Positions 57,488 through 64,000 of a DNA stretch of 64,000 nt are shown piece by piece. The notes under the pieces are model-generated. The model did no database searches. It was given only the letters and a program-made list of their open reading frames with translations, and was not told the origin of the DNA. Source of the stretch: Planctomycetota bacterium (GTDB taxonomy: Bacteria; Planctomycetota; PLA2; JAEUHO01); NCBI GenBank assembly GCA_965222115.1, contig CBDCTJ010000007.1, positions 672,001 to 736,000 of the forward strand. Direction: 5' to 3'. Position numbers and translations under genes: made by a program. Position 1 is the first letter of the stretch. Each line of letters opens with the position of its first letter.

Positions 57488-58408
57488 ATGAGTACCGCGC
57501 CCCGCATCGATGCCCACACCCACTTCTTCTCCCGCGTGTTCTTCGAAACGCTCGCCGGGCTCTCGCCTCTTCCGGGCACCGTGGACGAGCGGCTTGCGGC
57601 AGTTGCTGCCGAGACCGAGTTGGCGCTTCCGTCACGCGATCCGCAAGAACATCTGCGTTGCTGGCTGACCGCGTTTGATGATCATGGTGTTGATCATGCG
57701 GTGACGTTTGCCAGTGTTCCTGCCGAGGCGCCCGTCGTGCGCGACGCGGTGCGTGCAACGAAAGGTCGCTTGACGGGCTATGTGCTTATCAATCCCCTCG
57801 CTGATGCCGATGGATCCAAGACGCGCGCGCACTTCGAGGAAGATGGATTTCGCGGCGTGCTGTTGTTTCCCGCACAGCATCACTATCGGATGTCGGATAA
57901 GGCTATTCGCCCGGTGCTCGACGTGGTTGCGGAGCGCGGCGGCGTTGTTGTCGTTCACTGCGGGCTGCTCAAAGTCAAGCTGCGCGACCTCTTGTCGCTA
58001 CCCAACACGGTGGATCTCAGGTTCGCCAATCCGCTCGACATCGTCCCCGCGGCGAACGCGTGTCCCGGCGCGCACTTTGTGATCCCTCACTTCGGCGCGG
58101 GGTTCCTGCGCGAGTGTTTGATGGCGGGTGACATGGCTCGCAATATCTACGTCGATACGTCCTCGTCCAATGCGTGGATGCGCACGCAGGCAACACCCAT
58201 GACGCTACGCGACGTTTTGGCGCGCGCACTCGACGTGTATGGTGCCGAGCGGGTGCTCTTTGGGACCGACTCCTCCACGTTTCCGCGGGGTTGGCGCAAG
58301 GATCTCTACGACGCGCAACTTGAGGCGGTGACGGGCCTCGGTGTGCCCGCGTCCGAACAGGCGAAGATCTTTGGCGGCAATATGACCCGCATACTGAATC
58401 TGGGCTAG
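57488..58408 (+). CDS. Amidohydrolase family 2 protein
   Basis: IDAHTH, VVHCG, IPHFGAG, VDTS and VLFGTDS motifs. Confidence 0.9.
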   Translation: MSTAPRIDAHTHFFSRVFFETLAGLSPLPGTVDERLAAVAAETELALPSRDPQEHLRCWLTAFDDHGVDHAVTFASVPAEAPVVRDAVRATKGRLTGYVLINPLADADGSKTRAHFEEDGFRGVLLFPAQHHYRMSDKAIRPVLDVVAERGGVVVVHCGLLKVKLRDLLSLPNTVDLRFANPLDIVPAANACPGAHFVIPHFGAGFLRECLMAGDMARNIYVDTSSSNAWMRTQATPMTLRDVLARALDVYGAERVLFGTDSSTFPRGWRKDLYDAQLEAVTGLGVPASEQAKIFGGNMTRILNLG

Positions 58409-58668
58409 GCTCTGTTTGAAAATTCCTCTACTACGTGATCCGATTCTCTCGCTGCGAGGCGCATCCCTTCGAAATTGTCATCCTCGACGTGAACAGACCA
58501 CGCCTGCGGGTCAATTTCTTGGTCCATCGCCTCTCGCATCGGTCTCGAATCACTCGTTACGAGCTTTTTCAAACAGAACCTAACGCTCGGCAGCATCGGG
58601 TGTACGGAGGACTGCCTGAGCGCGGCTTGGTACGCTACGCACGGCCTAATTCTTAAGGTGTTCATTGC

Positions 58669-60801
58669 ATGCGCGACCCGCTTGGCAAGATTCCGATTGC
58701 CTACAAGTTGCCCTTGGGGTTCTTGGTGGTGTGCTTGGTGGTATTTGGCGTGGGCGGCATCGTGCTCATGTCGTCGGCGCGAGGCGCCCTTGAGAAAGAG
58801 ATCGCGCAACGTGTTGGCGAGCGATCAAGCGCCGTCGCGCTCATCATCGAGCGGCACATCGACTTGCTCCGCCAGCGCGCGCGTGACTTTGCCAGTGACG
58901 GGTACATTCGCGAACAGTTTCAATCGCGCGAGACAAGTGATTCATCCAATGCTCGCCTGAGTCGTCACATCGCGGTAAACAAGTTGCCCCTCGTGCACAC
59001 GGTGTCGGGAATTGCGCTGTATGACGTCGAGGGCCGGGAGCGCGTCGCAATTCCGTCGTCATCGGTCGGCGACAGCACGCATGCACGCACAACGGAGACC
59101 GTCGTAGGGGGGCTCAAGCCCGCGTCACGTGAGCAAGCGTTTCCTACCTTTTCGGTTTCTACGCCGCTGTTTTCGCAAGCCGGGAGCCAACGGATTGGCA
59201 CCCTGCAGTTAATTGTGCGCGCCGATCACTGGGTGACATCCATCAAGGCGCTTGCAGCCATGCCGAGTATGCCGCTCACCTCCATGCGACTCTTTGATCC
59301 CGACGGCGATTCACTGCCGTTGATGGCAAACGAGCAGTCCGCCAACGAAACGGCGGGGCGTCCGATTGAGCGCGGGCTTTCGTCGGTGCCGTGGCGAATC
59401 GAACTTCGTGTCGACCACGATGACGTGATGGCTCCCGCGCGGCGACTCCGCAATCAATACCTCTTGATTGGACTCGGATTGCTTCTGGCAACGGCGGCGG
59501 TGTTGTTTTTCCCCTTGCGCTTTCTTCTGCGCCCGCTGCGAAGCGTGGCGGATGCGGCGCGACGTATGTCGGATGGAGACTTTGGTACGCGTGTGGACGT
59601 GGAAGGGGGTGACGAAATCGGCGAGCTGTCGCATGCGTTTAATGTCATGGCTGCAGCCGTTGACGATCGCACCAAGCAGTTGGAGGCGTCGGCCGCCGCC
59701 GTGCGCAAGCGCGAGCAAGACGTGCGTGTGGAGCGCGATCGCCTGGGTGCGGTGATTCACTCTATGAAGGATGGCCTCTTTATTCTTGATAGCGAAGGGC
59801 GCGTCACACTGGCCAACGCTGGCGCGCGGCCGTTGGTGGGCGCACTTGCCCACGACCGTATGGAACGACTGGAGTGTGCGCGCGAAGCGGCGGCGTCGGC
59901 GGGGTGTATGGCATGTCTTGCCGAACCCGATCACGGCCAACAGTCGTGTGTCGTCCAACACGAGGGACGAATCTACGACGTACACACCACCGCCCTTCCC
60001 GCGGCACCGGGTCGCGATGGGGGACGTCTATGCGTGAGTCGCGACGTCACCGAACGCATTCGCCAACAGGAGTCACAGGCGCACCAAGAGCGCATGGCGG
60101 TGTTGGGAGAAGTCGCGGCGGTGATGGCGCACGAGCTCAACAACCCGCTGGCGGCTATCTCGATGTTTAGTGAGATGTTGGAAGAACAGCTCCCTGTCGA
60201 GAGTGATTTGCGCGATAGTGCCTCGGTGATTCGCCGCAACGTCGCCACATGCAAGCGCACCATTCTTGCGTTGCTCGACTTGGCGGCCCGGGGACGGCCG
60301 GAACATGCCCCGTTTTCATTGGGTGATCTTGTGAACGACGCGATGACACTCTTGCGGCCCATCTACCAGCGTGCCGGCGTCACTGTTGGCGTATCGTCCG
60401 ACGTAGACGACACCACGTTGGTAGGCGATGAACTTCGGGTGCGCCAAGTCCTTGTCAACCTCATGATGAATGCAGTTCAGGCGTGTGCCGATGGCGGCGA
60501 GGTCCGCTTGCGGCTCTCTCAGCGCGAAGATCACTTGGTCGTGGACGTCCTTGATACCGGTACGGGCATTTCCCGCGGGGATCGCGAACGGATCTTTGAG
60601 CCTTTCTTCACGACCAAGGGCCCCGGGTCGGGTACGGGGCTCGGACTCTCGACTTCGAGGCGTATTGTGGAAGAGCACGGCGGTACGCTAACGTGCATGG
60701 ATGTAGAGCACGGTGCCCACTTTCGTATACGACTTCCGCGCAAGGCGTCGCAAGCCGCTTGGGAAGCGCGTGCGCGAGTTCAGGCGGAGGTTGCACCATG
60801 A
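58669..60801 (+). CDS. Membrane sensor histidine kinase (sensor-HAMP-PAS-HisKA-HATPase), NtrB-like
   Basis: Two TMs; HAMP DEIGELSHAFN; PAS; MAHELNNPL, QVLVNLMMNA, DTGTG, FEPFFTTK and GTGLGL. Confidence 0.93.
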   Translation: MRDPLGKIPIAYKLPLGFLVVCLVVFGVGGIVLMSSARGALEKEIAQRVGERSSAVALIIERHIDLLRQRARDFASDGYIREQFQSRETSDSSNARLSRHIAVNKLPLVHTVSGIALYDVEGRERVAIPSSSVGDSTHARTTETVVGGLKPASREQAFPTFSVSTPLFSQAGSQRIGTLQLIVRADHWVTSIKALAAMPSMPLTSMRLFDPDGDSLPLMANEQSANETAGRPIERGLSSVPWRIELRVDHDDVMAPARRLRNQYLLIGLGLLLATAAVLFFPLRFLLRPLRSVADAARRMSDGDFGTRVDVEGGDEIGELSHAFNVMAAAVDDRTKQLEASAAAVRKREQDVRVERDRLGAVIHSMKDGLFILDSEGRVTLANAGARPLVGALAHDRMERLECAREAAASAGCMACLAEPDHGQQSCVVQHEGRIYDVHTTALPAAPGRDGGRLCVSRDVTERIRQQESQAHQERMAVLGEVAAVMAHELNNPLAAISMFSEMLEEQLPVESDLRDSASVIRRNVATCKRTILALLDLAARGRPEHAPFSLGDLVNDAMTLLRPIYQRAGVTVGVSSDVDDTTLVGDELRVRQVLVNLMMNAVQACADGGEVRLRLSQREDHLVVDVLDTGTGISRGDRERIFEPFFTTKGPGSGTGLGLSTSRRIVEEHGGTLTCMDVEHGAHFRIRLPRKASQAAWEARARVQAEVAP

Positions 60802-62234
60802 CCGACGCCGCAACCCACACGCCAAGCACAAGTGAACGGCTCGCGCCCGGCCGTTGCCGCGTGTTGGTGGTCGATGATGAGACTGATGTACGCGTTGGCC
60901 TTCGCATGCTTGCGGCGTCAGTAGGCGCAGACGTACGCGACGCCGCGAGCGCCGAGGATGCGCTTGGCATTGTTGAGTCCTGGGAGCCCCATGTTGTGGT
61001 GTCTGACATCACGATGCCCGGGCTTTCGGGGCTGGACCTACTTGATGCGTTGCACGGAGCGCGCCCCCACATTCAAGTTGTATTGATTACGGGGTTTGGC
61101 ACGATTGAAATGGCGGTGTCGGCGATGCACCGCGGGGCGTCGCATTTCCTCACCAAGCCCTTTGAAAATGCAGACGTGCGCGCCGCGATCGTTCAATGTG
61201 GCCAGCAGGCGCTGCTCGCCGAAGAGATCCGCGCGTGCCGTGCAAATGCCGCAGCACAGGGATCGCATGAATTTGTCTCAGCCGATGCGCGTATGCAACC
61301 CGTGTTGGACAAGGTGGAGCAAGTCGCGCCCACCGGCATGAACGTTCTCATTTCCGGCGAGACGGGCGTGGGCAAAGAACTTGTGGCGCGCGCGGTCCAT
61401 GCCCGTAGCGCGGTTTCCGAAAAACCCTTCTTGGCCGTCAATACAGCGGCCCTGCCCGACGCATTGCTTGAAAGTGAACTTTTCGGCCACGTGCGCGGTT
61501 CGTTTACCGGTGCGGTAAAGGATCGCAAGGGGATCTTTGAGAAGGCAAAGGGTGGAACCGTCTTTCTTGACGAGATCGGACTCATGTCGCTGGGCTTCCA
61601 GGGCAAGTTGTTGCGCGTACTCCAAGAACGGACCGTGGTTCCCCTCGGCACGTCAACGGCGGTGCCCGTCTCGTTTCGCTTGGTGGCAGCCACTGCGCAA
61701 GACCTCAAAGCCCGCATTGCCTCTGGCGAGTTTCGCGAGGACCTCTATTACCGGCTTCACGTGGTGGGTATTGAGGTGCCGCCGTTGCGCGAGCGCCCGG
61801 AAGACATTGTGGCACTTGCCTCGCACTTTATGGCGAAGTACGCCGACCAGGTGCCAGCACTGAAAGGGCGCGCCCTCGCGCTCTCGGCGGAGGCGTTGTT
61901 GGTATTACGAAATCACGCGTGGCCGGGAAATGTCCGCGAACTTGAAAACTGTATTCAACGAGCATTGGTTGTCTCTGATGGCGGCGTCATCGAAGCGCAA
62001 CATTTGGGACTTGGCGCGACCCATGGGCTTCCGTCGCGCGAGGCATCGCCCGCCAGCTACGACGAGGCCAAGCAACAAGCTGTCAAGTCCTTTCAGCGTC
62101 AGTATGTCGAGCGCGCGTTGGCGCGCGCGGAAGGCAATGTGACGCGTGCGGCAGAAGCGTGCGGCATGACGCGCGCCGCCCTGCAGCGCATCATGCGCGC
62201 GCTAGAGATCGATCGCGCCTCGTTCACAAAGTAG
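60798..62234 (+). CDS. sigma54-dependent response regulator (NtrC family)
   Basis: Receiver VVDDE...SDITMP; GETGVGKE, ELFGHVRGSFTGA, FLDEIG, WPGNVREL; Fis-type HTH; ATGA overlap with the kinase stop. Confidence 0.95.
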   Translation: MTDAATHTPSTSERLAPGRCRVLVVDDETDVRVGLRMLAASVGADVRDAASAEDALGIVESWEPHVVVSDITMPGLSGLDLLDALHGARPHIQVVLITGFGTIEMAVSAMHRGASHFLTKPFENADVRAAIVQCGQQALLAEEIRACRANAAAQGSHEFVSADARMQPVLDKVEQVAPTGMNVLISGETGVGKELVARAVHARSAVSEKPFLAVNTAALPDALLESELFGHVRGSFTGAVKDRKGIFEKAKGGTVFLDEIGLMSLGFQGKLLRVLQERTVVPLGTSTAVPVSFRLVAATAQDLKARIASGEFREDLYYRLHVVGIEVPPLRERPEDIVALASHFMAKYADQVPALKGRALALSAEALLVLRNHAWPGNVRELENCIQRALVVSDGGVIEAQHLGLGATHGLPSREASPASYDEAKQQAVKSFQRQYVERALARAEGNVTRAAEACGMTRAALQRIMRALEIDRASFTK

Positions 62235-62254
62235 GCCAGAACGAAAGCACCGTA

Positions 62255-62270
62255 CGGCACACCAGTTGCG
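62255..62270 (+). promoter_or_regulatory. sigma54 (-24/-12) promoter
   Basis: CGGCAC-ACCAG-TTGC with exact GG-N10-GC spacing (62256-62269), upstream of a GGAGG RBS and ATG 62293. Confidence 0.8.
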
Positions 62271-62292
62271 AATATGCACCTGGAGGTAGCTC

Positions 62293-63801
62293 ATGCAGTG
62301 CACGGTACATGGAAGGCTTAGGTTTTCTCGAACGCGTAACACGCTTCTCACACTTGTCATGTTGTTGGCAAGCGCCAGTTTCTTCGCGCCTGCGGCGACG
62401 GCCGGTCCAACGGATTGCGAGCCCTATCCGTGCTGTAAGGCAAAGAAGGCGGGCGATCCCCCGTGCCCTGCCGCATACCACAATATGCGGTTCATGGAGA
62501 ATTGGAGTCCGTGCCTGGCGAAGGACCGCTGCAGCTTTGGCGATTGGACAGATGCGCTCAAAGTCGTTCCCTTGAATTGCGACAAGTCGATCTGGGCAAG
62601 CTTTGGTGGACAGATACGCCTGCGCTACGAGTCCTTTGACAACATTGGCTTTGGCGCACCGGCAGATGCCAAGGACGCGTGGTTGCTCTTCCGTGCGCGT
62701 GCGCATGCCGACGTCCATTTCGGCAAGAACCTGCGCGTGTTCGTGGAGGGGATTTTCGCCGATCAGTTTGACGAGCGAGAGTTGGGACCGCGACCGATCG
62801 ATATCAACCGCGGTGACCTGCTAAACGCCTTCGCGGAAGTCAATACTGACTGGGGTTGCAGCGACACGATCGGTGCTTGGCTTGGCCGGCGCGAACTTCA
62901 ATTTGGCAAGCAGCGCCTTGTATCGCCCCTGGATTGGGCCAATACCCGCCGAACGTTTCAAGGCGGCGGCGTGTGGTGGAAACGCCCCGGTCACCGCGTT
63001 GATGCGTTCTATACCCGCCCCGTCACCATCGAAGACGAGTCCTTCGACGACGAGTGGAACGAAGACCGCGCCTTCTTTGGGGTCTACTACCAGAACACGA
63101 CCATGAACTGCGCCAACTGGGACCTCTACTTCTTGGGTCTTCAGCACGACATGACCACCATGCAAACCGAACAGGATCGCTACACGATCGGCGCGCGTGT
63201 TGGCGGGAAGGCCCCTGGTACACGCTTTGACTACGACGTGGAAGCGGCCTACCAGTTTGGTGAGCTTGGAAACGGCGACATTTCGGCGTGGATGGCATCG
63301 GCCACACTTGGCTATTCCCCGTGTCTTCCCTGTAGCACCTTGTCACCTCGATTCGCCATCGGACTTGACTATGCGTCGGGCGACGACGATGCCGCCGATC
63401 CCGACATCGGCACCTTCAATCAGCTGTTTCCACTCGGCCACGCCTACTTCGGGCACGCCGACGTATTGGGCCGACAGAATCTGCTTGCGGGGCGCGTGGA
63501 AGCTTCGATCAAGCCAGCGAAAAACCTCACGCTGCACGCGTGGTACCACATGTTCTGGCGCGCCGACGACAACGACGCCGTCTACAACGTGGGCGGAGGG
63601 GTCTTGCGCGCCGTTCCCGTGGGCGGCCTATCGGATACCGAGATCGGAAGCGAGCTCGATGTCCGCTTGCTCTACAAGATTGATCGTCACTGGACCGCAT
63701 TCGCCGAATGGGCCCATTTCTTCACCGGCGACTTCATCGACAACTCGGGGGCCCACAAAGACTTGGACGTGTTCTACATCGGCGTGCAGGGCACCTTCTA
63801 G
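62293..63801 (+). CDS. Alginate export (AlgE)-family outer-membrane porin
   Basis: Signal peptide; GGQIRLRYE, GRRELQFGKQRLVSPLDWAN, DYASGD, TFNQLFPLGHAY; C-terminal Phe. Confidence 0.88.
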   Translation: MQCTVHGRLRFSRTRNTLLTLVMLLASASFFAPAATAGPTDCEPYPCCKAKKAGDPPCPAAYHNMRFMENWSPCLAKDRCSFGDWTDALKVVPLNCDKSIWASFGGQIRLRYESFDNIGFGAPADAKDAWLLFRARAHADVHFGKNLRVFVEGIFADQFDERELGPRPIDINRGDLLNAFAEVNTDWGCSDTIGAWLGRRELQFGKQRLVSPLDWANTRRTFQGGGVWWKRPGHRVDAFYTRPVTIEDESFDDEWNEDRAFFGVYYQNTTMNCANWDLYFLGLQHDMTTMQTEQDRYTIGARVGGKAPGTRFDYDVEAAYQFGELGNGDISAWMASATLGYSPCLPCSTLSPRFAIGLDYASGDDDAADPDIGTFNQLFPLGHAYFGHADVLGRQNLLAGRVEASIKPAKNLTLHAWYHMFWRADDNDAVYNVGGGVLRAVPVGGLSDTEIGSELDVRLLYKIDRHWTAFAEWAHFFTGDFIDNSGAHKDLDVFYIGVQGTF

Positions 63802-63894
63802 CGTTCGGCCTGCATTCTTCCGTATGCGGTCTTGCCTTGGGTGAGTACGGCATGCGGCACATGACGCTTTGCTTTCCCCTTCCGGAGTTTGTTG

Positions 63895-64000
63895 ATGGAC
63901 ATTCGCAACAAAGCCACGCGGATTGATCTCTTCTCGCTGCGCACGCCGCAGATGCGCGCGTTCCACATGTCGTGGTTCGCGTTTTTGCTCTGCTTCTTCG
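63895..64000 (+). CDS. narK: NarK/NRT2-family nitrate/nitrite MFS transporter (partial, runs off the window)
   Basis: GGAG RBS then MDIRNKATRIDLFSLRTPQMRAFHMSWFAFLLCFF, the typical NRT2/NarK N-terminus; absent from the ORF track. Confidence 0.85.
   Translation, partial: MDIRNKATRIDLFSLRTPQMRAFHMSWFAFLLCFF

Noticed and set aside
61490-61515. GSFTGA instead of GAFTGA as a sign of a sigma54-independent activator
   Set aside because: GSFTGA is a common functional variant, and a correctly spaced -24/-12 promoter lies directly downstream.
1-64000. tRNA (including tRNA-Sec), rRNA, CRISPR arrays, prophage genes
   Set aside because: None recognised by eye; any Sec machinery must lie outside this window.

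Overview
GC-rich bacterial chromosomal window whose gene content (TIGR02999/ECF43-type sigma paired with a Ser/Thr kinase, carboxypeptidase-regulatory-like proteins, a prenyltransferase-repeat protein) suggests Planctomycetota; this is inference, as no marker gene is present. It holds about 45 CDS, one IS3-family element that truncates an inward-rectifier K+ channel gene, three ECF sigma factors, a thiol-redox module and, at the right edge, a sigma54-dependent two-component system, porin and NarK nitrate-transporter cluster. No rRNA, tRNA or CRISPR array was seen. Top finding: the ORF track's 1720-aa TIR-nSTAND NTPase-WD40 ORF and the 329-aa ORF after it lie in one reading frame, interrupted only by TGA-CCA-ACC-TGA. 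The two UGAs fall at the CxxC positions of a thioredoxin-fold domain and are followed by a SECIS-like hairpin, so this is probably a ~1950-aa TIR-NLR-like receptor with a di-selenocysteine (UxxU) redox domain. Other highlights: a lipoprotein carrying an anthrax protective antigen / binary toxin B-like pore-forming module divergent from the kinase-ECF43 pair, twin back-to-back ECF promoters, a K+ filter reading GVGYG, and a Cys-cluster PAS histidine kinase upstream of nitrate uptake genes. All assignments were made by eye, without database searches.
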